Source: an uncultured Pseudomonadales bacterium
GTDB taxonomy: Bacteria > Patescibacteriota > Microgenomatia > UBA1400 > Chazhemtobacteraceae
Assembly: GCA_964422035.1 (NCBI GenBank)
Contig: CAYQZQ010000002.1
Coordinates: 1,612 to 65,611, forward strand
DNA length: 64,000 bases
Direction of reading: 5' to 3'
A model generated the notes under the pieces. It searched no databases. It saw only the letters and a list, made by a program, of their open reading frames with translations, and had not been told where the DNA came from. Position 1 is the stretch's first letter. Every line of letters begins with the position of its first letter. Shown piece after piece: positions 47,535 through 57,608 of this stretch. A program made the translations under genes and the position numbers.

Positions 47535-47565
47535 TTGACAGCTAATACCCCAAGGGGTATATAAT
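47535..47565 (+). promoter_or_regulatory. Promoter with CsoR/RcnR-family operator
   Basis: TTGACA 47535-47540; perfect palindrome ATACCCC-AA-GGGGTAT 47545-47560; TATATA/TATAAT -10 at 47558-47565. Confidence 0.88.
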
Positions 47566-47594
47566 AATGAATGGAGATTAATTTATTTTAAAAA

Positions 47595-47837
47595 ATGAAA
47601 GAAGAAGAACAAAAAAGATTACAACAGATGTTAAGAAGAATTCAGGGGCAGGTCGGGGGTATAGAAAAGATGCTTGATAAGGGTAGAAGCTGTGAGGACT
47701 TATTGACTCAACTTTCAGCGTCGATGAGTTCTTTAAAGACAGTGGCTCGAACAATTTTGGCTGAGGAGGCAACAAAATGCAATAAGTCAGAAGAGGCAAA
47801 GAAAGATTATGCGGCTTTGTTGAGAAGATTTTTCTAG
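47595..47837 (+). CDS. CsoR/RcnR family repressor
   Basis: LRRIQGQVGGIEKM, CEDLLTQLSA, EEATKC. Confidence 0.92.
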   Translation: MKEEEQKRLQQMLRRIQGQVGGIEKMLDKGRSCEDLLTQLSASMSSLKTVARTILAEEATKCNKSEEAKKDYAALLRRFF

Positions 47838-47880
47838 ATGGTAAAGTAGATAATTGTGATTATTAATTTACAAAAATTCT

Positions 47881-48201
47881 ATGGCAGTTAAAAAAATTGA
47901 AGACGCAAATTTTCAAGAAGAAGTTTTGAAGTCAGATGTTCCGGTGTTAGTTGATTATTATGCAGATTGGTGTGGTCCATGTAAGATGGCAGCTCCGATT
48001 ATTGAAGAGCTAGCTGAGGAATATGAAGGTAAAGTAAAAATTGGAAAGCTTGATGTTGACCAAAACCAGCAAACAGCTGCCAAGTATGGAGTAATGAGTA
48101 TTCCTACAGTGGTGATGTTTAAAGATGGTGAGGAAGTTGATAGATTAGTAGGTTTTAGAGGGCGAGAGGGTTATGAGAGCATGATTGAAAAGCAAGTCTA
48201 G
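47881..48201 (+). CDS. trxA: Thioredoxin
   Basis: WCGPC, SIPT. Confidence 0.96.
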   Translation: MAVKKIEDANFQEEVLKSDVPVLVDYYADWCGPCKMAAPIIEELAEEYEGKVKIGKLDVDQNQQTAAKYGVMSIPTVVMFKDGEEVDRLVGFRGREGYESMIEKQV

Positions 48202-48223
48202 AATTAATAATTGCTTTTTTAAA

Positions 48224-49198
48224 ATGAACGAGACTAAAGATGTAGTTGTAATTGGTGGAGGTCCGGCGGGGTTATCGGCGGCTATATATCTGGGAAGAGC
48301 AAAGCTTAAAACACTTGTTTTAGCTGGAGAAGAAGCTGGTGGGCAGTTGATGTTAACTACTGATGTAGAGAACTACCCTGGTTTTTCCGAGGGGATTCAG
48401 GGTCCTGAGTTGATGGAAGAGATGAGAAAGCAAGCAGAAAGATTTGGTGCTGAGATTGTAAATAAAGATGTTGAAGAGATGGAAGTCGATGGTGGGGTAA
48501 AAATAGTTAAGGTGAGAGGAGAAGAATACAAAGCAAAGACGCTGGTTGTAACAACAGGAGCAAAAGCAAGAATGTTGGAGATAGGTGAAGAGGATCTTTT
48601 GGGCAAGGGTGTTAGCACTTGTGCGGTTTGTGATGCAGCCTTTTTTAAAGGGAAAAAGACTTTTGTAGTCGGAGGAGGAGATGCAGCTATGGAGGATGCC
48701 CTAGCTTTAAAAAAACATGCTGATGAGGTGACTATTATTCACAGAAGAGATAAGTTGCGGGCAAGTAAGATAATGGAGGAGAGAGTTTTGGAAGAAGCTG
48801 GTATTCCAGTTATGTGGAATAGTGAGGTTGTTGATGTTAAGGGTGAGAATAGGCTTGAGAAGATTAAGACTGTTAATAAGGAGAATGGTGAAGAGGAGTG
48901 GCTAGGTGCAGATGGTTTGTTCTTGGCAATAGGTCATCTACCAGCTACTGATTTTATTGGTGACAAATTAGAAAGAGATAATCATGGGTATTTGGTAACC
49001 CGAATGGTTAAAGATGGAATTGAGCAAAAGAAGGAGTGGTTGGAAGGATATCCAACGCAGACTAATGTGGAAGGAGTATTTGGAGCTGGTGATGTGGTTG
49101 ATTTTAGATACAGACAAGCGGTGACGGCTGCAGGGCAAGGAGTGATGGCGGCGTTGGATGTAGAAAAGTTTTTAACTGGTGAGATTAGTGGTTGGTAA
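48224..49198 (+). CDS. trxB: Thioredoxin reductase
   Basis: GGGPAG, GGQL..TTDVENYPG, CAVCD, GGGDAA, YRQAVTAAG. Start moved to ATG 48224. Confidence 0.95.
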   Translation: MNETKDVVVIGGGPAGLSAAIYLGRAKLKTLVLAGEEAGGQLMLTTDVENYPGFSEGIQGPELMEEMRKQAERFGAEIVNKDVEEMEVDGGVKIVKVRGEEYKAKTLVVTTGAKARMLEIGEEDLLGKGVSTCAVCDAAFFKGKKTFVVGGGDAAMEDALALKKHADEVTIIHRRDKLRASKIMEERVLEEAGIPVMWNSEVVDVKGENRLEKIKTVNKENGEEEWLGADGLFLAIGHLPATDFIGDKLERDNHGYLVTRMVKDGIEQKKEWLEGYPTQTNVEGVFGAGDVVDFRYRQAVTAAGQGVMAALDVEKFLTGEISGW

Positions 49199-49287
49199 AT
49201 CTGATTGTGTGGATTTATTTATAAAGTTTCTAGGAAGTTGTATTTGTTTTTTTGAAAAGCCGAAAAATAGTAAGCTATAATATAGGC

Positions 49288-50772
49288 ATGTCAAAAGGAA
49301 GATTAGGTCAAATCATTACAGAAAGAAAAGAGAAAATTAAAGACTTGCGCTCTATGGGCATTAATCCCTATCCAGCTCAGAGCGAGCGCGATGAAAAAAT
49401 TGGGAAAGTAGTGGATGAATTTGAGAAGTTTGAAGGGGAGAAGATGATTTTGGTAGGTAGATTGGTGGGGTGGAGAGAGCACGGCAAGGTAGTGTTTGGC
49501 GATTTGATGGATGAGACAGGGAAGATGCAATTGTTCATCAAAGAAGGTGTTATGGGAGAAACTCGGGTTGAAGAGGGGTTTTTAGGTTTTGAAGATTTAC
49601 GACTTGTTGATGTGGGAGATTTTGTCCAAGTTAGAGGCGAGGTTGTTAAAACTCAAACAGGTGAGATTTCACTATTAGTTGAAGATTTGAAGATGTTGAC
49701 TAAGTCGTTGAGGCCGTTGCCTGAAAAATGGGAGGGAATTAAGGATTCAGAGACAAGAATGAGAAAAAGATATCTAGATTTGTTAATGGATGAAAAGAAA
49801 AGAGACAGGTTTGTCAGAAAGGCGAAGTTTTGGCAAGCTAACCAAAGGTTTTTAGAAGATAATGGCTTTATTAAAGTTGAAGTGCCTGTTTTGGAACATG
49901 TGACGGGAGGAGCTGATGCTCGCCCTTTTGAGACACACATGAATGTTTTAGATGAGGAGTTTTATTTGAGAATTTCAACTGAATTGAAGCAAAAAAGGTT
50001 GTTGGCAGCGGGAATGGAGAAGGTATATACTTTGGGTCCTAATTTTAGAAACGAAGGAATCGATGATGAACATTTGCCAGAGTATCATCAGGTTGAGTGG
50101 TACTGGGCGTATGCTGATTATAAAGACAACATGGATTTTGTGAAGAAGTGTTTTAGATATATTGCTGAAGAGGTATATGGGAAAACTGAGTTTAAGACAA
50201 GAGGTCATGAGTTTGATTTGAGTGATGAGTGGGAAGAGATTGATTACGTAAAAGTGATTGAAGAAAGGTTGGGTGTAGATATTTGGGAGGATGATGATGA
50301 GAAGATGCTGGGAGTGATAAATGAGCATGGAGTTGATTTAAATGAAGGGCAGATTAATAAAAACAGGTTGGTAGATAATTTGTGGAAGATAATCAGAAAA
50401 GATATTTCAGGGCCAGCTTTTTTGATGAATGTGCCTAAGTTTATGTCGCCTTTGGCTAAAGAGAAAAGTGATGATGAAAAACTGACAGAGCGTTTTCAGG
50501 TGGTGATTGCCGGGAGTGAGCTGGGTAATGGCTACAGTGAGTTAAATGATCCGGTTGATCAAAGAGAGCGATTTGAGGACCAGCAAAAGAAAAGAGAAGA
50601 GGGAGATGAAGAAGCGCAGATGATGGATGAGGGTTTTGTGGAGATGCTTGAATATGGAATGCCGCCGGCATCTGGATGGGGTCATAGTGAAAGACTGTTT
50701 TGGTATTTGGAGGATGTGTCGGCTAAAGAAGGGGTGTTGTTTGTGCCTTTGAAGAGGAAGGAGAGTTTATAG
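49288..50772 (+). CDS. lysS: Lysine--tRNA ligase (class II)
   Basis: OB fold, RKRYLDL, GGADARPFETH, FRNEGID..H.PE, YGMPP. Start 49288 is 6 nt after TATAAT. Confidence 0.96.
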   Translation: MSKGRLGQIITERKEKIKDLRSMGINPYPAQSERDEKIGKVVDEFEKFEGEKMILVGRLVGWREHGKVVFGDLMDETGKMQLFIKEGVMGETRVEEGFLGFEDLRLVDVGDFVQVRGEVVKTQTGEISLLVEDLKMLTKSLRPLPEKWEGIKDSETRMRKRYLDLLMDEKKRDRFVRKAKFWQANQRFLEDNGFIKVEVPVLEHVTGGADARPFETHMNVLDEEFYLRISTELKQKRLLAAGMEKVYTLGPNFRNEGIDDEHLPEYHQVEWYWAYADYKDNMDFVKKCFRYIAEEVYGKTEFKTRGHEFDLSDEWEEIDYVKVIEERLGVDIWEDDDEKMLGVINEHGVDLNEGQINKNRLVDNLWKIIRKDISGPAFLMNVPKFMSPLAKEKSDDEKLTERFQVVIAGSELGNGYSELNDPVDQRERFEDQQKKREEGDEEAQMMDEGFVEMLEYGMPPASGWGHSERLFWYLEDVSAKEGVLFVPLKRKESL

Positions 50773-50793
50773 AGTTATTAAATAGTTGATATT

Positions 50794-52005
50794 ATGAATA
50801 ATATATGGTCTGATCTAAAATGGAGAGGTTTGGTCTATGACGCTACTGCGGATCTTGAGGAGCAGTTGAAAGATGGTGTTACCTTGTATTATGGAATTGA
50901 TCCAACAGGTAAGAGTTTGCATATTGGTCACCTTTTGGGAGTTAGTTTGTTGAAAAGATTTTGGGAATCAGGACATAAGGTAATTGTGGTTATGGGAGGA
51001 GGGACAGCAATGATTGGTGATCCTTCTGGAAAAGATGAAGAGAGACCTGTTGTGGCTAAAGACAAGGTTGAGAGTAATAAGAAAAAAATTAAAAAGCAAC
51101 TTGAGAGTTTTTTGGATTTTGATAATGAAGAAGTAATCATGGTTGATAATGCGGACTGGCTTGAAGAGGTAAGATTGATTGATTTTTTGAGAAAGGTGGG
51201 TAAAAACATGCCAGTTAATTCAATGTTAAGCAAAGAATCGGTTAAAACTAGATTAGAGAGAGAGCAGGGGATGTCTTATGCCGAGTTTTCATATCAGTTA
51301 CTGCAGTCTTATGATTATTGGAAGTTGTTTGATGAGTACGGATGTAACCTACAAATTGGTGGTTCTGATCAGTGGGGGAATATTCTACAAGGAGTGGATT
51401 TGATTAGGAGGGCAGAGGAAGAGCAAGTTCATGGTTTGGCATATCCATTAATTGTTGATCCTTCGACAGGTAAGAAGTTTGGTAAGACGGCAGATGGAGC
51501 AGCTATTTGGTTAGATGAGGATAAAACGCACCCCTTTGATTTATATCAATTTTTAGTTAATGTAAGTGACGATTTGGTTGAGGATTTGATAAAGTACTAT
51601 TCGTTCAAAAAGCAGGAGGAAATTGAGAAGATTATTTCATTTTGGAGGGGTAAAGAGCATGAGAGGTTGTTACAGAGAGAATTGGCATTTGAAATTGTCA
51701 GTTTAGTGCATGGAAAGAAAGTGGCAGAGAGAGTAAGAAAGATAAGTCAGGTTTTGTATGAAAAAGGGAAAGATGAGTTGGGAGAAGGAGATTTTAAGTT
51801 ACTGGAAGAGGTTCTGGGGATAGTGGAAGTGAGTGAAAAAGATGTTGATATGATTAAGGCTTTGACTGAGACTGGATTAGCTTCATCAAATAGTGAGGCT
51901 ATGAGGTTGATTAAACAGAGCGCAGTGGAGATTAATTGGTATACAGATAAGTACGGATTGATAAGGAAGGGAAAGAGAGAATACGGTATAGTTAGAAAAA
52001 ATTGA
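50794..52005 (+). CDS. tyrS: Tyrosine--tRNA ligase
   Basis: YYGIDPTG.SLHIGH, QSYD, QIGGSDQWGNI, KFGKT. Confidence 0.96.
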   Translation: MNNIWSDLKWRGLVYDATADLEEQLKDGVTLYYGIDPTGKSLHIGHLLGVSLLKRFWESGHKVIVVMGGGTAMIGDPSGKDEERPVVAKDKVESNKKKIKKQLESFLDFDNEEVIMVDNADWLEEVRLIDFLRKVGKNMPVNSMLSKESVKTRLEREQGMSYAEFSYQLLQSYDYWKLFDEYGCNLQIGGSDQWGNILQGVDLIRRAEEEQVHGLAYPLIVDPSTGKKFGKTADGAAIWLDEDKTHPFDLYQFLVNVSDDLVEDLIKYYSFKKQEEIEKIISFWRGKEHERLLQRELAFEIVSLVHGKKVAERVRKISQVLYEKGKDELGEGDFKLLEEVLGIVEVSEKDVDMIKALTETGLASSNSEAMRLIKQSAVEINWYTDKYGLIRKGKREYGIVRKN

Positions 52006-52094
52006 GCAGGGTAGGTTGTTTTTGAAAGATAATTGGTATAATTAAGAAAAGGTCCGCCTGATGATTGTGTTATCAATTTAATAAGAATTTGCCT

Positions 52095-52982
52095 ATGAGA
52101 AAGTCCTTTTTCATATTTTTATTGGTTATTTTACCTTTTTTTAGTTTAGGCACGATTTGGGCTCAAGAGCCGGATGATGCTAATTTATCTACTGAAGTAG
52201 CAACTGAGGCAGGATCTGCAAGCTCTTCAGCGGTGGTAATTATAGAGGAAAAAGAGAACTTAACTGAGCCTAAGCAGTCAAAAAGCAGGCTGGAAAGAGT
52301 GTTGGAGTCAAAGGATGTGGGAGAGTTGAGTGTAACTAATTTTTTACAGGTTGCGATAAGAAGAGCTGTTAGCCAGGGTGTGCCTGCAAATACGATTGTT
52401 TTGATGCTTTTGTTTCCTTTGGTGGCTGCGATTATTGCTGCGGCCAGGCATATTGTGGGGTTGAAAGGTTTTGGTATTTTTACTCCGGCTGTTATCTCGG
52501 TAGCGTTTCTGTCTACTGGTGTGGGTGTGGGTGTGTTGTTGTTTTTGGGGATTATTGTGGTAGCTACTTTAGGGCGAATGATTATTCGTAAGATGAGGCT
52601 GCCTTCTTTGCCCAGGCTGGCTTTGCTTTTGTGGTTTGTGTCATTGGGAGTGTTGGGGTTGATACTGGCTTCGCCCTGGTTGAATTTGAATAGCTTGATA
52701 ACCATCAGCATTTTCCCTATTTTGCTTTTGGTGCTGTTGGCTGAGACGTTTATCAGAGTTCAGATCACTAGAAGTTTCAGAGAAGCAATGAGGCAGACAT
52801 TCCAGACGTTTGTGTTGGCCTTGTTATCGTTTTTGGTGATGAGTACGCAAGCTTTGCAGGAATGGGTGCTTTTAAACCCGGAAATTTCGGTAATTATGAT
52901 TGCGGTGTTAAATATCATGATTGCCAAGTACGGTGGGCTAAGACTTTTGGAGATGTGGCGTTTTAGAAAGATAATTAAGTAA
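52095..52982 (+). CDS. 7TM domain protein (7TM_transglut-like) associated with ATP-grasp ligases
   Basis: Signal peptide, R.IVGLKGFGIFTP, LPRLA, FPILL...AE.F, Y.GLRLLE.WRF. Confidence 0.82.
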   Translation: MRKSFFIFLLVILPFFSLGTIWAQEPDDANLSTEVATEAGSASSSAVVIIEEKENLTEPKQSKSRLERVLESKDVGELSVTNFLQVAIRRAVSQGVPANTIVLMLLFPLVAAIIAAARHIVGLKGFGIFTPAVISVAFLSTGVGVGVLLFLGIIVVATLGRMIIRKMRLPSLPRLALLLWFVSLGVLGLILASPWLNLNSLITISIFPILLLVLLAETFIRVQITRSFREAMRQTFQTFVLALLSFLVMSTQALQEWVLLNPEISVIMIAVLNIMIAKYGGLRLLEMWRFRKIIK

Positions 52983-52986
52983 GGCA

Positions 52987-54321
52987 ATGGCCAAGTTAAG
53001 TGATATTCTAGGAATCAATGCGAGAAGTAAACATTATCTGAGACTGAATTACAAGCAGTCTCGGAGAATGGCGGATAGTAAGTTAAAATCCAAACTGTTT
53101 TTGGAAAAACATGACATTCCAGTTCCTGAGACGTATGCTTTGTTTGAGGATAGGGAAGAGGTTGATGAGTTTGACTGGTTAAGTCTAAATGGCGCTTTTG
53201 TAATAAAGCCGGTAAATGGACTAGGTGGTGAAGGAATTTTAGTGGTTAAGAAAAAAGCTAAATATGCAGGTGAGTGGTATTTGATGGATGGGAATAAGAT
53301 TAATTTTGAAGATTTGAAGTTGCACGCCAATGATGTTTTACAGGGAAGGTATAGTAAGAACAATTTACCTGATAAGGCTCTGGTTGAGAGAAGAATTAAG
53401 ATTCACCCAAAGTTTGGGAAAATTGCTAAAGGGGGTACTCCTGATATTAGGACGATTGTCTATAACAAAGTGCCTGTTATGGCAATGTTGAGGATACCAA
53501 CGGAGGAGAGTAAGGGAAAAAGTAACTTGCATCAGGGGGCTATTGGTTTAGGGGTGGATATGGCAACTGGAATTACTACCTATGGAGTGTGGCATGATAA
53601 TTTAATTAAGTATTTTCCGGGTACAAAAAAGAAGGTGAATGGTATTGTGGTTCCGCACTGGACGAAGATATTGGAGATAAGTAGTAAGATTCAACACGAA
53701 AGGCCTTGCCTGGGATATTTTGGAGCAGATATCTTGATTGATAAAGATGAGGGACCTCAGGTGATTGAGTTGAATGACCAACCAGGCTTGTCTATTCAGA
53801 TTTGTAATAAGGCAGGACTAAGAAGAAGGTTGGAGAGAGTAGAAGGATTGTATGTCGAGACGGTTGAGAAAGGAGTTAAAGTTACTAAAACTTTGTTTGC
53901 TAGTGGATTTGCCAGGAAAGTTAAGAGTGTGGGTGAAAGACCTACTATTGGAATTTTTGAGACGGCTAGAATTAAGCCAGGAGGGAAAAGAAAGAAGCGA
54001 GTGGATGTGTCGGTTAAAATTGATACCGGTGCGTATAGCAGTAGTATTGATAGGGAGTTGGCTAAGAGATTTAAGTTACTGAAGGATGAAAATGTATTAT
54101 ATGAGAAAACTTTTAAATCTTCGTTGGGCAGGGAGGAGAGAAAAGTAATAATGGTGGATTTGAAATTACGAGGGAAAAGAGTGAGAGCTAGAGCAAGTGT
54201 TACAGATCGATCTGGTTTGAGAAGGAAGATGATTTTAGGCAGAAGAGATTTAAGAGATTTTCTTGTTGATCCAGCACAGTTTAAGCCTCGAGATAGGTAT
54301 GGGGAGAAGATTGAAAAATAA
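52987..54321 (+). CDS. Alpha-L-glutamate ligase-like ATP-grasp protein fused to a C-terminal RimB-like aspartic peptidase domain
   Basis: ILGINAR, FVIKP..GLGGEGI, PDIR, SNLHQGA, IELNDQPGL; C-terminal KIDTGAYSSSID...DRS....MILGR. Confidence 0.85.
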   Translation: MAKLSDILGINARSKHYLRLNYKQSRRMADSKLKSKLFLEKHDIPVPETYALFEDREEVDEFDWLSLNGAFVIKPVNGLGGEGILVVKKKAKYAGEWYLMDGNKINFEDLKLHANDVLQGRYSKNNLPDKALVERRIKIHPKFGKIAKGGTPDIRTIVYNKVPVMAMLRIPTEESKGKSNLHQGAIGLGVDMATGITTYGVWHDNLIKYFPGTKKKVNGIVVPHWTKILEISSKIQHERPCLGYFGADILIDKDEGPQVIELNDQPGLSIQICNKAGLRRRLERVEGLYVETVEKGVKVTKTLFASGFARKVKSVGERPTIGIFETARIKPGGKRKKRVDVSVKIDTGAYSSSIDRELAKRFKLLKDENVLYEKTFKSSLGREERKVIMVDLKLRGKRVRARASVTDRSGLRRKMILGRRDLRDFLVDPAQFKPRDRYGEKIEK

Positions 54322-54328
54322 GATGTAG

Positions 54329-55213
54329 TTACTGGTTGTGTCTTTTTTCAAAGTGTTTGATGATGCTTAGAGCAATGTTGTGTTGGGTGTATTTTTCTAA
54401 GCCAGTGAACTGGGGACCTCTGTTTACTTCTAATACGTAAGGCTTGTTTGTTTGCTGGTGAAGCATAATGTCTATGCCGGCTATTTCGGTGTGAAGAAGT
54501 CGAGAGGTTTTTTCAGCGAGTTGCTTTATTTTGGGGTTGTCCTGTAGGGGGAAAGGTTTGGCGGTGCCTCCTTGGGAGATATTGGATTTAAAACTGTCAT
54601 TGGGTGGGATACGGTGCATGACACCTATGGCTTGATAGCCGACGGTGAAGACTCTAATGTCTCCGTTGTTGGGAATAAACTCTCTGAACATAAATGATTT
54701 TGATTTTTTGTTTTGGTTTATGATGTTGATTGCCTGCTCTTTGCTTTCTACTTTATATACTCCCTGCCCTCTTTGGCCGCCGGTTTTGATAATTAGAGGA
54801 AATCTGTGGTTTTTTAGAGCAGCATCTGCTTGATCTGGTGAAAGAATGGTTGTGGTATAGGGAAAGTTAATATCGTTTTGTTTTTGTTTTAAGAGTTCGT
54901 GGATAGGGGTAAAAAATAGGTTGTAGCTGGGGTCAATATATTTTTGTTCTATGATGGTTGTGTGGTGTGTTTGGTGAAGGTAATGGCAGGTAAGATACCA
55001 AGGCCATTTTCTTTTTCCTACAGCGAGCAGGTAGATAAGATCAAAGTTTTTTAGAGATTTATTGCTAATGGTGGGGTGAAATTTTTTATTGGATGAGTGA
55101 ATGATTAGATCTTTTGAGCTACAGTTTATAAGTTGATGATTGCGTTTTTCCCCTTCTTGTTTGAGGCGATTGAAGTTGCTACTAGTTGTTTTGCCGACAA
55201 CTAAAATTTTCAT
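54329..55213 (-). CDS. RimK family alpha-L-glutamate ligase (ATP-grasp)
   Basis: FPLIIK..GQRGQGV, REFIP..GDIRV, FKSNISQGG, IAGIDIM, LEVNRGPQF. Start moved to ATG 55213, 7 nt after TATAAT. Confidence 0.88.
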   Translation of the reverse strand: MKILVVGKTTSSNFNRLKQEGEKRNHQLINCSSKDLIIHSSNKKFHPTISNKSLKNFDLIYLLAVGKRKWPWYLTCHYLHQTHHTTIIEQKYIDPSYNLFFTPIHELLKQKQNDINFPYTTTILSPDQADAALKNHRFPLIIKTGGQRGQGVYKVESKEQAINIINQNKKSKSFMFREFIPNNGDIRVFTVGYQAIGVMHRIPPNDSFKSNISQGGTAKPFPLQDNPKIKQLAEKTSRLLHTEIAGIDIMLHQQTNKPYVLEVNRGPQFTGLEKYTQHNIALSIIKHFEKRHNQ

Positions 55214-55293
55214 TGAATTTATTATACAGTGATAACAATGATATTTTGTCAGACAGGGATGTTTTTGGGATCGTCTGTGATAAAATATGGCCT

Positions 55294-56376
55294 GTGAATC
55301 AGACAAAAGATAAACGACTAGAAGTTGCAGTAGGCCTGTCTGGAGGTGTTGATAGTGCTGTGAGTGCATATCTTTTAAAGCAACAAGGATATGAAGTGGT
55401 TGGTGTGTATTTGAAGTGTTGGGATGAGGGTCCTGAGTGTCAAGCGAGGCAGGACAGGAAAGATGCTCTCAGGGTGGCTATGAAGCTTGAGATTCCAGTT
55501 AAGGTGTTGGATTTTGAGAAGGAATATAGAGAAAGAGTAATTGATAGGTTTTATGAGGCTTACAAGAAAGGTTTTACTCCAAATCCTGATGTGTGGTGCA
55601 ACAGTGAGATAAAGTTTGGTTTGTTTTTAGATTGGGCAAAAAGTGAGGGTTTTGACAAGATTGGAACAGGCCATTATGCAAAAAAGGGAGAGACAGATGG
55701 GGGTTATAAATTGTTAAGACCAAAAGACAAAAGTAAAGATCAAACGTATTTTTTATATCAACTTAATCAAGAACAATTGAAGAGTGCGTTGTTTCCTTTG
55801 GGAGAGAAAGAGAAAAGTTGGGTAAGAGAAAAGGCTGGAGAAATTGATTTGCCGGTAGCTGACAAAAAAGACAGTCAGGGAATTTGTTTTGTGGGAGATG
55901 TGGATGTGCAAGAGTTTTTAAGAAGAAGATTAGAAGAAGAGAAGGGTGAGGTGGTTAATAGTAAAGGAGAAAGGATTGGTGTTCATCAAGGAGTCTGGTT
56001 TTATACTATCGGGCAGAGAGGTGGTTGGCAGATAGATAGGGAGTTTCAGCAAAATTATCAAGGAGAGATGCCAGTGTTTTATGTTGTAGACAAAGATATT
56101 GAGAGTAATAAGTTAATAGTGGGGGAGAGAGAAGAGTTGGGTACAACAAACTTTAAGGTAAGTGATTTGAGTTGGATAAGAGAGTTGAATGATGAGTTGT
56201 CTGATGACGATTTAAAGGTAAGAATACGTAATTTAGGAGAGTTGGTGGATTGTAGTGTGAGTGTGGCAGATGAATTGGCTGTTGAGGTTGAAGATGAACT
56301 AGAGGGAGTTGCGTGTGGGCAAGCGGCAGTCTTTTATTTGAACGATGAGTGCTTGGGTGGAGGGGTGATTAAATAA
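55294..56376 (+). CDS. mnmA: tRNA 2-thiouridylase MnmA
   Basis: SGGVDS, TPNPDVWCN.EIKFG, TGHY, KDQTYFL, DSQGICF, GQAAVFY. Start moved to GTG 55294. Confidence 0.96.
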   Translation: MNQTKDKRLEVAVGLSGGVDSAVSAYLLKQQGYEVVGVYLKCWDEGPECQARQDRKDALRVAMKLEIPVKVLDFEKEYRERVIDRFYEAYKKGFTPNPDVWCNSEIKFGLFLDWAKSEGFDKIGTGHYAKKGETDGGYKLLRPKDKSKDQTYFLYQLNQEQLKSALFPLGEKEKSWVREKAGEIDLPVADKKDSQGICFVGDVDVQEFLRRRLEEEKGEVVNSKGERIGVHQGVWFYTIGQRGGWQIDREFQQNYQGEMPVFYVVDKDIESNKLIVGEREELGTTNFKVSDLSWIRELNDELSDDDLKVRIRNLGELVDCSVSVADELAVEVEDELEGVACGQAAVFYLNDECLGGGVIK

Positions 56377-56453
56377 ATTCTGAGGTTGTTTTTTGGGAGA
56401 AATGATGGTTTATGATAAAATTAGTGGGTGTTGAAAGAAAGGAGACACTATAT

Positions 56454-57599
56454 TTGACAAAAAAACAAAAAACCAAAGCGAAAAAGAAAAACTCGGATAA
56501 GGGTGGCGTTAAGGCTACTTCAATGGATGAGTTGTTGGATAAGACTGGGCATAGAATTAATGCCCCCCAAAAGGGAGATGTTGTTAAGGGAATGGTTACT
56601 CAAGCCAGTAATAACCTCGTTTTAGTGGATATTGGAGCTAAGACTGAGGGTATGGTTATTGGTAAAGAGCTGGATGTGGCTAAGGATTTGATTGAGGATT
56701 TAAGTGTTGGAGATGAGATTGAGGTTTATGTTAAGGATCCAGAAAATGATTATGGTCAGATTTTATTAAGTTTACGTCAGGCAGCTGAAGACAGGAGATG
56801 GGAGAAGTTTACTGAGTGGTTGGAGACAGGGCAGGCAATTGAGGTTACTGGTATAGAAACTAATAAGGGTGGTCTTATTGTCAGTGTTGATGGAAGAAGA
56901 GGTTTTGTACCTTCAAGTCAGTTTAGTCAGGAGTATTTAGGTAAACAAGAGGCTTTGGTGGGTAAGAATTTTAAAGTACAGGTGATTGAGGTAGATAGAG
57001 AACAAAACAGATTAATCTTCTCTGAGAAGGCAGTAAGTGAGGCTTCTGAAGAAGCAATGAAGGATGAAGCTTTAAAGAAGGTAGAGAAGGGAGATGTTTT
57101 AGAGGGAGTGGTAAGTGGAATTATGCCTTTTGGAGTGTTTGCTACGGTTAGTGTTCCTTTGGCTGGTAAGGATGAAGATGAAGGAAGGCTTGAAGGATTG
57201 ATTCATATAAGTGAGATTTCATGGGAGAAGGTAGATGATCCAAATAAGCATTTTAGTGTAGGAAATGAGGTAGAAGTTGAAGTTATTGGAGTCGATGGAG
57301 ATACTGGTAAGTTGAATTTATCCATAAAGAGATTAAAGGATGATCCCTGGGATGATATCAAGGATAAATATACTGAGGGAACCAAGCATACTGGTAAAGT
57401 GGTTCGAATGGCACCTTTTGGAGTGTTTGTTAATTTTGAAGCTGGAATTGATGGCTTGATTCATATTTCTAAGATGCCGGCTGATAGGGAGTTTGAGGTG
57501 GGCGAAGAGGTGGATGTGTATGTTGAAAAATTAGATGTTGAGAATCGTAGAATGAGTTTGGGAGTAGTTTTGCATGAGGTACCGGTTGGATACAAGTAG
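56454..57599 (+). CDS. rpsA: 30S ribosomal protein S1 (four S1 domains)
   Basis: Repeated S1 motifs (FGVF...GLIHISE); SD AAGGAG 56439-56444 before TTG 56454. Confidence 0.92.
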   Translation: MTKKQKTKAKKKNSDKGGVKATSMDELLDKTGHRINAPQKGDVVKGMVTQASNNLVLVDIGAKTEGMVIGKELDVAKDLIEDLSVGDEIEVYVKDPENDYGQILLSLRQAAEDRRWEKFTEWLETGQAIEVTGIETNKGGLIVSVDGRRGFVPSSQFSQEYLGKQEALVGKNFKVQVIEVDREQNRLIFSEKAVSEASEEAMKDEALKKVEKGDVLEGVVSGIMPFGVFATVSVPLAGKDEDEGRLEGLIHISEISWEKVDDPNKHFSVGNEVEVEVIGVDGDTGKLNLSIKRLKDDPWDDIKDKYTEGTKHTGKVVRMAPFGVFVNFEAGIDGLIHISKMPADREFEVGEEVDVYVEKLDVENRRMSLGVVLHEVPVGYK

Positions 57600-57608
57600 A
57601 AAAATAGA

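Noticed and set aside
55186-55369. Apparent overlap of the rimK and mnmA 5' ends
   Set aside because: Artefact of longest-ORF calling; better starts (55213 minus, 55294 plus) leave an 80-nt divergent promoter region.
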